From contig JBODTK010000151.1 of NCBI GenBank assembly GCA_050613775.1, positions 62,001-126,000 on the forward strand: 64,000 bases of DNA. Reading direction: 5' to 3'. Positions 27,016 through 40,213 of the stretch are shown in pieces (position 1 is the first letter of the stretch; every line of letters starts with the position of its first letter). Below the pieces are notes generated by a model. The model ran no database searches. It saw only the letters and a list, made by a program, of their open reading frames with translations, and had not been told where the DNA came from. The DNA comes from Neocallimastix sp. 'constans' (Eukaryota). The translations under genes and the position numbers were made by a program.

Positions 27016-28319
27016 TATTATTTTTATTATTATTATTATTATTTATTATAATTATTATTTATTATTACTATTATTATTATTATTATTATTTATTATTATT
27101 ATTATTATTTATTATTATTATTATTATTATTTATTATTATTATTATTATTATTATATATGATACATAAAATAATATGATTGTAAAATATTATTTATTATG
27201 TATTTTAAATAGAGTATCCTAAATAGAAATATTCGAATGTTGAAAAAAAAGTATTATTAGGAAAAGAAATTATGATATTATTTTTTATATATGATGATTT
27301 TTTTAAAAAAAATACTTATATATATATATATATATATATTTAAAATATATATTAAAAGTTAAACCTTATCATAAAATATATTTGTCTTTTAATATATATT
27401 TTTATATATTTGTTCATTTATGTTATATTTATATCTAATTAACAGAATAAATAATAATTATTTCTTTATTTTTTTTTATTTTGTTTTTATTCTAAAAAAA
27501 AAAAAAAAAAGTTCATGTTTAAGAGCCTATTTAATTCTATCCTAATTAAAATCATACTTTCGGTACTAAATGAAAAATGTAATAATAGGATACTTATCTA
27601 TTGCTTATCTGTTGTCTATATAATATTATGAACATTTTATAAGGTTTTATTATAATTTTTAGTAATTCTATTTCAATTTTCAATTTTCATTTTTTTTTTT
27701 TTGTCTTTATTTTTTAATTTTTACTCAAAATTTTTCCATTACTTTTATGTTTATCTACTAAATACAAATATTATAAAACTCTACATATATTCTTAATATA
27801 ATATTTATTTATTTATTTATTTATATATTATATATTAAAATAAAATTAATAATAATTATGATTATTATTTTTTGGTATGATACTTTAAAAAAATTATATC
27901 AAAAAATAATATTGTATGCCTTAAAAATCTTTTATATATAAATAAATAGACAATATACAATATAAAATTAAAAATATATTTATAAAATTATAAGAAGCTT
28001 ATTTGAAGAAAAATAATTTAAAACATAAATTTAATCTAACATTAATAAAATATTATGAATATTTTCAACTTATTGTTTACCATAATTTTTAATAATTTTA
28101 TTTCTATTTTTATTTTTTTTTTATTTCATAAAAATTTTAATTACTGAAAAAAAAAAAAAAAAAAGATAATAAAATAATATGAAATATATTATTTATATAT
28201 CAAAAATGTAAAAAAAAAAAAAAAAAAAAATAGGCTGCATTAGCAAGCTTTTAATTTTATTTATTTGTTTATTTATTACGTGAATATTTTTTTTTTTAAA
28301 AAAAAAAAATAATAATAAA

Positions 28320-29892
28320 ATTTGGCACTTATTAATATAGGCTCCTGATAATATTGATATATCAACACATGGTTTTGAACATATATTTGCCATAAACCCT
28401 GTATGTTTATTAATAACTTGGAGCCTATATTAATAGATGGTCAAAACAGCAATGATTGTATATAAACCGTATATGTTTTGAATGCTAAATAAGCTATAAA
28501 ACCTGTTATTTAATTGAAATATAGCTGTTGTGGCTGTATATGAACTATATGGTTTTGAGGTTAATATTAGCAATATATGCAGTCATTGTTGTTATTAAAG
28601 TTCCAAAATGATGACAATATTGATAAGCATATGCATATATTGCTAATATAAGTGTATTTATGCAATGATTATGCTAAAACTATGCATATATTTGATTATT
28701 GTTTTTTATTTTATTTTTGTTTTTATTTTAATTTTTTATTTTATTTTGTTTGTGTTTTTATTTTTGATGAAAATGATATGGTTTTTATCATAGTTTTAGC
28801 ATCAAAACCCTATGTTGTTCATCTATTAATATAAGCTCCAGAATAAAGACATATTGTATTTGTATGACATTTAATAACAATCATCGATAATATATACAAA
28901 CATCGCTGCAAAATGACCCTGTTTTTGAACATAAAATGCACATATTTGGCATACAAATACAATCATTCAACCATATTGTTTATAATAATAATATTAATAT
29001 TAATTGTTTTTGTTATGATTTTGAATGCCTGGAACAATATAGTTATGATTTGCATATATTTGTCAATATTTTGCAGTGTTTATTGATAAAATCACAGCAG
29101 TTTTGACCATAAAAGGCATTCAAAATCATCATATTGCAACATTGTTCATATATTAATATATGTAGAAATATAGCAATGTTGTGCAAAACCTAGCTAGTTG
29201 AACAACATATGTTATTGATCGTTCAACTGGTCAAAAACATGCTCAGAATCCTAAAACTAGCTAGGTTTGCAATCACTATAAGCATTATCATTTATATATA
29301 ATCATAGCAGTTTTGTAGTTCATTAACTTCTGGAACTTATATTAATTAATTGAACGACATACCTGTTTTGACCAATATTAACATCAAAACTATATCATTT
29401 ATATCAATTCATAGCTATTATGACCATTTATTAATGCAGGTTCCAGATCGTTAATAAACATATAGGGTTTTATGGTTTATTTATGCCAAACTATGCTATA
29501 TGACATCTATTAATTAAGGCTCCAAGTTTTATATATCTATCAACAATATGGTTTTTATGACAAAATATATGCAAAAACTATATGCAAATAAACCCCAAAA
29601 ACACTGAATATTATGAATGAAACAATCGAATGGTTAAACAAAATGAAGCGAACAAAGACGAGCGAGAAGATCGAGCATGAAACGTAGTGAAGCTGCGTAG
29701 AGCTGTCAAGATCACTCGAGAGTGAGCGAAATGTAGTCAATGAAGATTGTTGATTGAAATAATAGAGGTGTTTTTGGGGTTTATTTGGTTTTATGGCTTA
29801 TTTAACATTCAAAACATATATGGTTTATATACAATCATTGCTGTTTTGGCCATCTATTAATATAGGCTCCAAGTTATTAATAAACATACAGG
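28320..29892. mobile_element. Non-coding foldback-type element with ~105-bp inverted repeats and nested internal palindromes
   Basis: 28398-28503 is the reverse complement (few mismatches) of 29787-29892; inner perfect 20-bp IR at 29585-29604 and 29768-29787; IR aaacctagctagtt at ~29187 and ~29255; attaatataggctcc-like motif repeated in both orientations. Confidence 0.75.
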
Positions 29893-31170
29893 AACCTCAC
29901 CTCCGAATGATTAGTTTTCTGTTTATAAAGGAATTATTATTCCAAATTAGGGTTTGAATTGTTGATCTGAAAAAAAATTATGGTCTTCTCCATCAGAGGC
30001 ATTGTCCCTACTAGCCTGCATTTTCAGCGTTGACACTCCTGGTTAGTCTGCGTTTATACCATCGGAATAGCCATCTTTGTCAAATACTACTAGTTATAGA
30101 CATAATTTCTTGTAAAAAAAAAAAAGAGTCGCAGATCACACCAAAAAAAAAAAAATGGCATTTTAGAATAATCACTTAGAAATATTTAAAAATGATTTGG
30201 TTATTAAAATAAAACGTCCCATTCCTTTTTATAATTTAAAATCAATAATTTCTGCATCTCTTCCACCAAGATTACATGAGCAGTCGTACATTTCGCCGAA
30301 AAGAGGAGGAATGTGAAGTTCTTTAGATAGACAATAAAGGGATATAAAGCTATTCCCATGAGAGAAAATTCCTTCAATCCAATATAATTCTGTATTAACT
30401 AGTGTCTATGTGCTTCTCATTCTTCCTTTGTTTGATCCAAGTAGAGATGATGCATAATACAAAAAATATGAGCATAAATTAAAATGATTCATTGGTGGTA
30501 GTTTTCTTGCAATCAACTACCACAGAGGTTTAGGATCCGATACAGAAGGATAATCAATAAAACAAAGCACTTACTTAATATATTTTATTCAGCATTACCT
30601 GAATTTGACTAAAGGCATGATCATTATCTGGATCTGATGAACTATCTAACCTCTATTCCATGAAATTAGGTGTGAACCATTAATCGGAAGAATAAAACCA
30701 GTTAGTTACCAAGGTTTACGGTTGGTGGTTAATTTGTTTTTGTATATCAATAGTAGTGCTCATGTTAAAAGTCTCCAAAAAAAAAAAATAGATGGATGAT
30801 TCATGTGATTCTGAAGCCATATGAAAAAAAAAAAATAAAAATAAAAATAAAAATAAAAATAAAAATAAAAAAAAAAACTTCAGAGAAAGAGAATGCATAT
30901 CGGACTTGTTCCTGAGTATTTCTTAGTGGGAATATCTCGACATATTGACCCATGACCTACCTACTTATACAGAACACTTTAATGGAGTGATTCCATAGAC
31001 TATATAGGTTGTTAATGAAACAAAGAGGAGGTATAGGAATTAATCTTCAAGGTTACTGTACTGGTTGACATTAGACATGAGACAATGATAACCCAAGATA
31101 TAAACCTCCGCCGAAACCAGACGTATTTGGGATCCATTCTTTTCTGGAAATAGTTGGAGTTGGGACGAAA
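29893..31170 (-). mobile_element. Decayed, internally deleted APE-type LINE (non-LTR retrotransposon)
   Basis: Minus-strand relics of APE motifs GDF/NM (~30760-30776, 1-nt insertion), DHA and SD(P)KPL (~30525-30545), joined to post-RT YYA..LLGSNKGR..WIEG..SKELHIPPL and LGGR; 3' region homologous to the 39.6k and 60k copies. Confidence 0.7.
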
Positions 31171-31592
31171 TATAATTAAAAATTATAATATATAGATATA
31201 TAGATATAGATATATTATATTAAATATAGATAGAAATACCTAATCTTATGATTATCTACAAATACAAATACATCATTTAAAAAATAATAATAATTTTAGT
31301 ATGATATTTAATTAAGTTTATATAAATTTTAATTTAGTATTTAATAATTATACTTATCCATAATAATAAATATTAATAATATTAATATTTAACTAAGGAA
31401 ATGGATAATTTATCTAAATTCCTTACACAACAGTATTGTTACAGATACATGGTAACATTAAACCTATCCAATAAAACTAATATACCGACATAAAAATATA
31501 TATAACTATTTTATAACTATTGCTATTTGAATAAAGAAAAAAAAAAAAAAATTTGCAATGTTATATTATACACAAAGAGTAATAATTCATGA

Positions 31593-31648
<56 letters not shown>

Positions 31649-31955
31649 ATTTAATATCATATTTTTTTTTTATTATTATTTTATTATTTTTTTTATTTTT
31701 TTATTATTTTTATTTCTTATTTTATTTTATTTATTTTATTATTATCATTATTATTATTAATTTTTTTTATTAATTTATAAATTAAAAAATAAAAAAAAAA
31801 AAAAAATTATTATTATTATTACAATTTTAAATCTACTTTGAAATTATTTTTTTTTATATATTATTTAAAGGAATAGATTTAAAATATTATGGATAGATAG
31901 ATAGGAAGATAGATAGATATAATTTTATAACGATTTAAACTAACAAATAAACAAA

Positions 31956-31994
<39 letters not shown>

Positions 31995-32104
31995 CACATT
32001 TATTTTATTACTATTGTTATTTGAATAAAATACTTGTGGTATAAAATACGAAATTAGTAATAATATATGAAAAATAATAATATTATTATTATTATTTTTA
32101 CTAC

Positions 32105-32141
<37 letters not shown>

Positions 32142-32143
32142 AC

Positions 32144-33387
32144 TTAAAATTTACGTGTTTGGTTGTTGCCAAATGTAGCTTCCATATTAATTGATTTATC
32201 CTCATTTAAAATTGGAAAAGTGGGAGAGGACGTAGTATTATTTACAAGATCCAGATACACTAATTTATCATCAATTGATTTTTCATTTTTTGATGTTTCT
32301 TTAAGTGATTTTTTTTCATCAAATAATACTTCCTTATTTGATCTTAATTCCGGATTAATAATAGGAATATTATCTACTGGTGTGGCTTCATATGGTTGAG
32401 ATGAAAATTCTTTATTTTTTAATTTAGTATCATCAAAAATTTTTGATTTGGAATCATCAATAATTTTTGATTTAGAATCAAGAGATGATGCTGACGGATT
32501 TACATACGTAACAGGTACAGGAACATTATACAAAGGAATAATTGTTTGTGGTTGTACTTGTAATTGGGGTTGAATATAATTTACGAATTGTTGTTGTTGT
32601 TGTGGTATCACATAGGATACTTCTGGTACAGTTTGATTTATAGAAGGGTTAGTTTTACTATTAGACTGTTTTTCAGAAGAGGATTTATTTATTGGTGAAG
32701 TTGAAATATTTTCAGAATTAGCTTTGGTATTATTACTGGTGATGCTTATAATATCGTTGTTTCCGGGTAAAGAATTGTGCTTAATTAGGGTATTTATTTC
32801 TATATCAGGTTCATTTTTACTTTTTTCATATTTAATTTTTTCATCTTTGGCCCTTTTCTTTTTATATATAAATAATCCGACAACAGCAATCAATATTATG
32901 CTAACCCCAGCAATTATAAGTACTATTTTATTATCCTTAAAAAATTCTGTAAAACCATTCGTATCTTTATTATTATATGAAGACTTATTATTAATATCAT
33001 AAATCAATTCATTATTAATAGAAGTTGTTGAATTATTACTACTTTCAGTTTTATTAGCATTAATCGTGGGATTATTAACAGAATTTGTTGTTGAATCAGT
33101 AGCATTACTAACACCATAAATCAATTCATTATTAATTGAAGTTTTTTTCTCACTACTATTTTCATCTTTATTATTATTAGTCGTTTGATTATTAACAGTA
33201 GTTGCTGTTGAATCCGTACCATCATTAATATCGTACATCAATTCATTATTAATAGAAGTATTACCTCTCTTATTTATTTTAGTATTATTATCATCACTAC
33301 GTTTTACACTACCACTATTTTTAGCATAAAACCAATCCTTTTTAAAATCTTTGCTATCTATTTCCCAATTTATATCACTTAATTTCA

Positions 33388-33388
<1 letters not shown>
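32144..33388 (-). CDS. Orphan single-pass membrane protein 4 (414 aa): three 39-aa-period N-terminal repeats, TM ~155-175, Gln/Pro/Ser tail
   Basis: Long ORF, gaaaATG start; TM IVLIIAGVSIILIAVVGLFIY then KKKRAK; TSINNELxY occurs three times at 117-bp spacing. Confidence 0.9.
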
Positions 33389-33427
<39 letters not shown>

Positions 33428-35291
33428 TTTTTGTTGTTTTATTTTGACTTTTTTTCTATTAGTTTCTTAAATTAATAATAACGATATGCTTATGAGCAAT
33501 TTTATTTATATGTTTATATATATATGTTAATCTTTTTTACTTATATATAGTTCTATGTATATATACATATATAAGTTATAAAATTTAAATATTCTCCATT
33601 ATTTTTTAATTTTCAAAATATTTAAAATATATATATATTTTTTTTTTCAAAAGTTAAATATTATGCTATTCCTTTGATTCCTTTTATATATATAAAGAAA
33701 AAATATATATATATTTTACTATATATTAAAAGCTAAATTATATTTCTATATATATATATATGTTTTTATTAAATATTTTTTTTATTATATTTTTATTATT
33801 ATATTTTTATAATTATTTTTTTTATTATTAATAATTTTTTTTTATTATTTTTAATTATTATTAAAATAAAAAAATATATATATATATATAAAAATATAAA
33901 TATTAGTTAAAAAAAATAAAAGAATTCTAATAAATGTCATAGCGTCGTACAAAATTCATCAATAGCCAATTAAAATTAAATAATATAAAAATTAATAATA
34001 TAATGTATACAATATTTTTATTTTACTTTGTAGTTTTGAATATATTAAATTAATATTTGTAAAATATTAATAATAGATTAATCCACTCTTAACTTTATTT
34101 TATATCATTAAATTTTGATACAAAATATTTAAGAAAATACTTTTATTTCTTTTTTTTTAAAATAAAAAATATTATATACAATATATACAAATTATATATT
34201 TTTAAAAAACTAAATAAAAGTAAAAAAATTAAAAAAAAATTAAAAAAAAAAATACATAAAAAATATTATTTATTATTAATTATTTACATTAAAATAAATT
34301 GTTTTATTACTTTTTTCTTTTTTTCTTTTTTTCTTTTTTTTTAAAAAAAAATCTAAAATTTGAAACAATTTTTATTACAAATAAATAAATAAATAAAAAG
34401 ATAATTAATATTAATATTTATTTCATTATCAAAAAAAAAAAAAAATAAATATAAAAATAAAAATAAAATAATAAAATATAATATATATTTTATTATTATA
34501 TATATTTTATAATATTTAACTTTTTATATTCTGTTATTTTTTATATTTTTTATTTTTACTTTATTACTAAAAATTTATAAATTTTAAACATTTAAATATT
34601 GTGGAAAAAATTTTTTTTTTAATTTTAATTAATTTTTATTTTTTTTTTATTTTTTTTTTTTAAAAAAAAAAAAATAATTAAATTTAATTATTGTAAAAAA
34701 AAAAAATAATAAAAAAATAAAATTATTTTTTCCCTATTCCACACAGATTTAGTTTTTTTTTTTTTTTTTTTTTTCTGATTAATTTATTTTATTTTATTTT
34801 ATTTTTTTATTTTATATTTTCTTTTTATTTTTTAAGCTTTACCTCTATTTTTATTTAAATAAAAATTTTTTTCCTTTTTTTTCCTTTTTTTTTTCTATCT
34901 TTTCATTAAAAATTTATTAAATATTTTAAAATTTAAATATTTTAATATTTTAATATTTTTAATTTTTATTTTTAAATACAAATTTAAATATTTTTTTTTT
35001 TTTAAAAAAAACTCAACAAAAAAAAATGTCTTTCATTGATATTTGTCAAAAATACATTATTTACAAAAAATATATACATTATACCTATATATCAATAGCT
35101 TATTACTACTATTATTAAGAAAAAATTAAAAAAAATTTTTTATTATTATCTTAAATTTTTGCTTTCTTTATAATAAATAATTAAGATATAATATAATAAT
35201 CAAAAAAAAAAAAAAATGCAATATACTTTAAATAAATACAAATTATATTAAAAAAAAAAATTATATAAAAAAATAAAATTAATTAGAGATC

Positions 35292-38200
35292 ATGGAAAAT
35301 TTTAATATGGAAATAATTCATAGTCAAAATAAGATTAATCTGGAAAAAAATTTTTTTATATCCAAATCTTTTAATAGATTAGGTTTCAATGAAATTTTCT
35401 ATTACTTAGGTACTGTTGGAAATGATAATTTTAGGGTGGAAGCTCTTAGAATTTTATATGGAAAAGCGAGAGAGGATGACGAAGATATTATATTAACGAT
35501 TTATAAGAATTATAAATTTAATTCCAAAATTTTAAGATACCTTTTAAAAGAGAATTTCAAAGTATCCAAAAAATTTATATACTACTTAACGAAAACGGAA
35601 AATTATAAATTTTTAAAAATAATATTTGAATATTTATCCTATAACAATGGCTTTATCATACAGCTATTACTTCATTATAAAAATAAGCAAACTTTATCAG
35701 GATATAAACTAAATAAAATGTTGCTTAAGGAAAAGGAAAGAATTAATTTAAATCATGGCTATGATGGGAAAAATAATCCTTTAATTTCCACCTGTAAAAA
35801 TGGAAATATCACCATAATGAAATATCTAATAGAGTATGGTGCCGAGATTACCGTTAAGGATACCAATGGTAACACACCATTAACGATTGCATGTAGAAAA
35901 AGGAATAAAAATATGATGAAAATTTTGATAGAACATGGAGCAGAAGTAAATGAAAGAGATGGCCATGGAGACTGCCCTTTAGACATTGCATGTAATTATG
36001 GCTATACTTCAATAGTAAAAATTTTAATAGAGAATAAAGCCCGTTTGAATCAAAAAAATAAATATGGTGATTCTCTTTTAAGCGTTGCCATTCGAAAAGC
36101 GAATGAAGAAATAGCAAAAATTTTTATTGAAGCTGGAGCAGATATTAATGAAACGGATAGATTTGGCGATACACCAATAGGACTAGCTTTCAGGAAAAAA
36201 ATGGATACGATTAAAGAACTTTTAATTAAGAATGGAGCCGATATTAATAAAAGAGGTTTGAAGGGAGAAACGCCTTTAACCTATGCATGTCAAAAAAATC
36301 ATTATGATGATGTTAAATATTTAATTCAAAAAAATAATATCAATATCAATATCAATAAAAGAAATAGGAGGGGAGAAACTCCACTGACGCTTGCCTGTAA
36401 ATTTAAATATTTTTCAATCGTTGATATTTTAATACAAAACGGAGCGAATCTTAATGAAGATAATGATCTTGGCGATACTGCATTAACTATAATCTGTAGA
36501 CAGGGTCATATGAATTATATAAAGTTATTTATCGAGTATGGTGCAGATATGAATGTTATTAATCGATGGGGTGAAACTCCATTAAGTATTTCGTATAAAC
36601 ATGGACACATTGATGTCATGAAATATTTAATTGAGCAAGGAGCAAAAATTAATAATAATAATAATAAAAATAATAATAAAAATAAAGCCAAAAATTGTGA
36701 ATCTCTTTTAATCATGATGTATAAGGAGAAAAATATTGAATTAATGAAATATTTAATTGACCATGGAGCAAATATTAATGAAACGGATAAATATGGTAAT
36801 AACATCCTATTAGAGGTTGTATGTCGCAATCGGGATGAATCAATGATGAAATATCTAATTGAACATGGAGCGGATACCACTAATACTGTATTTAATGATA
36901 CTCTTTTAAACTACGAGTGTAGCTTAGAAAATATTGAATTCATCAAGTATTTAATTGAGTATGGGGAAGATGTTAATAAAAAACTGAACTTTCATGATAC
37001 CCCTCTAATTATAGCGTGTGAGAAAAAGAATGAAATGCTTGTAAGGTATTTATTAAGGAAGGGAGCAAACATTAATCAAAGTGGTAAAAATGGTAATTCC
37101 CCACTAATTATATCATGTAAAAAAGATGATATGACCATGGTAAAGTATTTGATTGAACATAAAGCCAATCTTGATCAGAGAAACGATTACGAGAACACTG
37201 CATTACTTATTGCATGTGAGAATGGAAATGAAGCAATAATAAAATATTTAATTGAGAATGGGGCTAATATCAATGTAGAAAATATTAACGGTGATACTCC
37301 TCTGATAAAAGCGATTTCAAATAACAGTAATATGAATATCATTAAACTCTTAGTTGAATATGGAGCAGATATTAATAAAGTTGGAAAAAATGGAGGTACA
37401 ACTGCTCTGGTGAAAGCCTGTGAAAAAAATGATTTAACTTTAGTGAGATATTTAGTTGAAGAAGAAGAAGAAGGAGCCATAATTAATCAAAATAAGGAGT
37501 ATGGCAGCATTGCTTTAATGACAGCCTGTGACTATGGACATGAACGTATCATAAAGTATTTAATTGAACATGGAGCTAACGTTAACAGTATTGATCCAGA
37601 TGATGGCAATACAGCATTAATAAGAGCATGTATTCATGGGGATGAGGGCTTAGTAGACTATTTAATTCAGCAAGGAGCAGATGTTAATAAAAGAGGGGGA
37701 AATGAAGGAACAGCGTTGATATGGGCATGTAAAAAGAGAAATGGAAATGAAAGGATAATTAGAACTTTAATTGAATGTGGAGCGAATATCCATGCTATGG
37801 ATAGCAATGGTAAAACAGCCTTAATTACAGCATGTGAATATGGGAATGAAAAGATCGTTCGATATTTGATTCATCAAGGATTTGATATTAATAAAAGTGA
37901 CACCACTACTGGAAATAGAAATACGACAGGTTTATATGGTAATAGCGATAATGGAACTAAATCTTTAATTGGAGCAACAAAAAAGAAAAAAGTCAATATT
38001 AACGATAAAGTTGGTAAAGGTCACTATCAATACTCAATATTAGCAATAGCATGTAAAAATGGAAATATAGGATTAGTAAGATATTTAATAGAACAAGGCG
38101 TCGATGTTAATCAACGGGATGAAGAAGGATGGACACCTTTACTTTATGCATGTAAAAGGGGAGATATCGACATTGTTCACTATTTAACAGATCATGGGGC

Positions 38201-39116
38201 TGATATCAATGCGATAGACAATAAAAATGGCTATTCTGCTCTATTTATAGCCTGTCGATATAGAAAAGAAGCAATAGTTGCCTATTTAATATCAAAAGGA
38301 ATAATCATTGATGATGATGATGATGATGATGATAAAGACGGAGGAAAAAGGAAACCTTTTCCTTTAATTATGATAGCATGTAGATATGGAAATAAAGCCA
38401 TCGTAAAACACTTAATAAGGTATGGTTGTAAGGTCAATGTGACGGACAGTCATGGGAATACACCTTTAATTGAAGCCTGTAGGGCAAGGAATGAAGATGT
38501 AGTAAAGCTTTTAATAGAAAATGGAGTAGAAGTTAATCACAGTAATAATGACGGTAACACCGCTTTACTACTAGCATGTGAATATCAAGATAAGACTTCT
38601 AGCAAGAAAACGATGGTGATGGTAGAATATTTAGTTAAGAATGGAGCACAAATAAATAAGGCAAACCTCAATGGTAATACGGCGTTAAAGGTAGCGTGTA
38701 AAAAAGGAAATGAAGTCATCATTAAATATTTAATTGATCAAGGGGCAGATATTCACCACTGTAATGAAAAAGGTGATTCACCACTACTTATTGCCTGTCA
38801 GTATGGAAATAAAGCCATAGTACAATATTTAATAGAAAGGGGAGCATCGCTTCATCAAAGAAACAAAATCAGTAGGGATACCCCACTAATAGTAGCATGC
38901 AGGCAGGGAAAGAAGTCGATAATAAAATATTTAATTGAAGAAGGGTCAAACCTTCATGAATGTAATGATAAAGGAGAATCACCGTTGAGTCTTTTATGTA
39001 AAAATAATAAGCATATTAAACTAATCAAATATTTAACTGAAAAATTAGATATTTGTAACAATCAAAAAAAAAAAAAAATAAAAATAAGTAATAATAATAA
39101 TAATAATAATAAATAA
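35292..39116 (+). CDS. Large intronless ankyrin-repeat protein (1274 aa, roughly 30 repeats)
   Basis: Serial G(N/D/E)TPL..AC..G...(I/V)VKYLIE.GA.IN motifs from ~aa 160 to the C-terminus. Confidence 0.93.
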   Translation: MENFNMEIIHSQNKINLEKNFFISKSFNRLGFNEIFYYLGTVGNDNFRVEALRILYGKAREDDEDIILTIYKNYKFNSKILRYLLKENFKVSKKFIYYLTKTENYKFLKIIFEYLSYNNGFIIQLLLHYKNKQTLSGYKLNKMLLKEKERINLNHGYDGKNNPLISTCKNGNITIMKYLIEYGAEITVKDTNGNTPLTIACRKRNKNMMKILIEHGAEVNERDGHGDCPLDIACNYGYTSIVKILIENKARLNQKNKYGDSLLSVAIRKANEEIAKIFIEAGADINETDRFGDTPIGLAFRKKMDTIKELLIKNGADINKRGLKGETPLTYACQKNHYDDVKYLIQKNNINININKRNRRGETPLTLACKFKYFSIVDILIQNGANLNEDNDLGDTALTIICRQGHMNYIKLFIEYGADMNVINRWGETPLSISYKHGHIDVMKYLIEQGAKINNNNNKNNNKNKAKNCESLLIMMYKEKNIELMKYLIDHGANINETDKYGNNILLEVVCRNRDESMMKYLIEHGADTTNTVFNDTLLNYECSLENIEFIKYLIEYGEDVNKKLNFHDTPLIIACEKKNEMLVRYLLRKGANINQSGKNGNSPLIISCKKDDMTMVKYLIEHKANLDQRNDYENTALLIACENGNEAIIKYLIENGANINVENINGDTPLIKAISNNSNMNIIKLLVEYGADINKVGKNGGTTALVKACEKNDLTLVRYLVEEEEEGAIINQNKEYGSIALMTACDYGHERIIKYLIEHGANVNSIDPDDGNTALIRACIHGDEGLVDYLIQQGADVNKRGGNEGTALIWACKKRNGNERIIRTLIECGANIHAMDSNGKTALITACEYGNEKIVRYLIHQGFDINKSDTTTGNRNTTGLYGNSDNGTKSLIGATKKKKVNINDKVGKGHYQYSILAIACKNGNIGLVRYLIEQGVDVNQRDEEGWTPLLYACKRGDIDIVHYLTDHGADINAIDNKNGYSALFIACRYRKEAIVAYLISKGIIIDDDDDDDDKDGGKRKPFPLIMIACRYGNKAIVKHLIRYGCKVNVTDSHGNTPLIEACRARNEDVVKLLIENGVEVNHSNNDGNTALLLACEYQDKTSSKKTMVMVEYLVKNGAQINKANLNGNTALKVACKKGNEVIIKYLIDQGADIHHCNEKGDSPLLIACQYGNKAIVQYLIERGASLHQRNKISRDTPLIVACRQGKKSIIKYLIEEGSNLHECNDKGESPLSLLCKNNKHIKLIKYLTEKLDICNNQKKKKIKISNNNNNNNK

Positions 39117-39639
39117 TAATAATTAAGGAAATTACACCATAGTTCAAATAATTAGAATATTTAAAAAAAAAATCTTACTATTACATAAATATTATACGTA
39201 TTTTCTATTAAAATTGTACTTTTATTATTATTATTATTATTATTATTTATAATCTTTAAAAAAAAATATGTTTAATAAAAAAAAATTATAATTCATTGAA
39301 TTTATTATAAACGAATTTATTATAAAAAATTATATATAATTTTTTTTGTATTATTTAAAAAATATTATGTAAATAAGAAAATAAATATAAATTAATAAAT
39401 AAATAAATAAACATAAAAAAATAGAAAATAAAATATAAAAAATAAATAGATAATATATTTATTATTTTTTTTTCTGTAATAAGATAAAACAAATAATAAA
39501 AATAATTAAAATAATAAAAAAAAATAAAAAATAAAAAATAAAAAATAAAAAATTTGACGAAATGCATTCTCTCCCAAAATAAAAATTTAAATATAAAAAA
39601 TTAATAATAAAATAAAAAAAAAAAAGGAAGGAAATTCTT

Positions 39640-39956
39640 ATTCAATTCTTATTTTCCGAATTAGGGTTTGAATTGACACTTTGAAAAAAAAAAAAAAAAA
39701 AAAAAAATTAAGGTCCTCTCTCTCTCTCTATCTTTCTATCTCTCTAATCTCTCCTATCTCCTTCAGAGACATTGACCCTAACCCTGTTTATTGACTTTGT
39801 CTTTATCTTACCCTGCATTTCCCCCCCTTCCCGCCCGGGGTTCGTTGACATTTCCTAGTGAATTGGTTAGGATTATACCTTCCGGGAATAGCAATACCTT
39901 TTCTCGAGTACTACTACTATTACTTAGCCCTTGGCGTAGTTTAATTTCTTGTAAAT

Positions 39957-39989
<33 letters not shown>

Positions 39990-40175
39990 GCCTCAAATCA
40001 CACACACCAAAGAATGAACGGTTTAGAATAATCATTCAGAACAGAAATGATTTGGCCTATTAATATAAAACACATTCCATTCCATTCCATTCCTTTTTTT
40101 TTTTTTTTATAATTTAAATCAATAATGGTCCACATCTCTTCCACCAAGAAGGAAGTTATATAATCAGTACTATGT

Positions 40176-40213
<38 letters not shown>

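Noticed and set aside
11420..33960. Shared upstream motif (GTTACA/GTGACA/TGTCA) before the membrane-protein genes
   Set aside because: Short, variable in position and orientation, and common in the background; cannot be supported without motif statistics.
39660..39790. Telomere-like ttaggg/ccctaa words
   Set aside because: Isolated single hexamers within the LINE 3' region, not tandem arrays.
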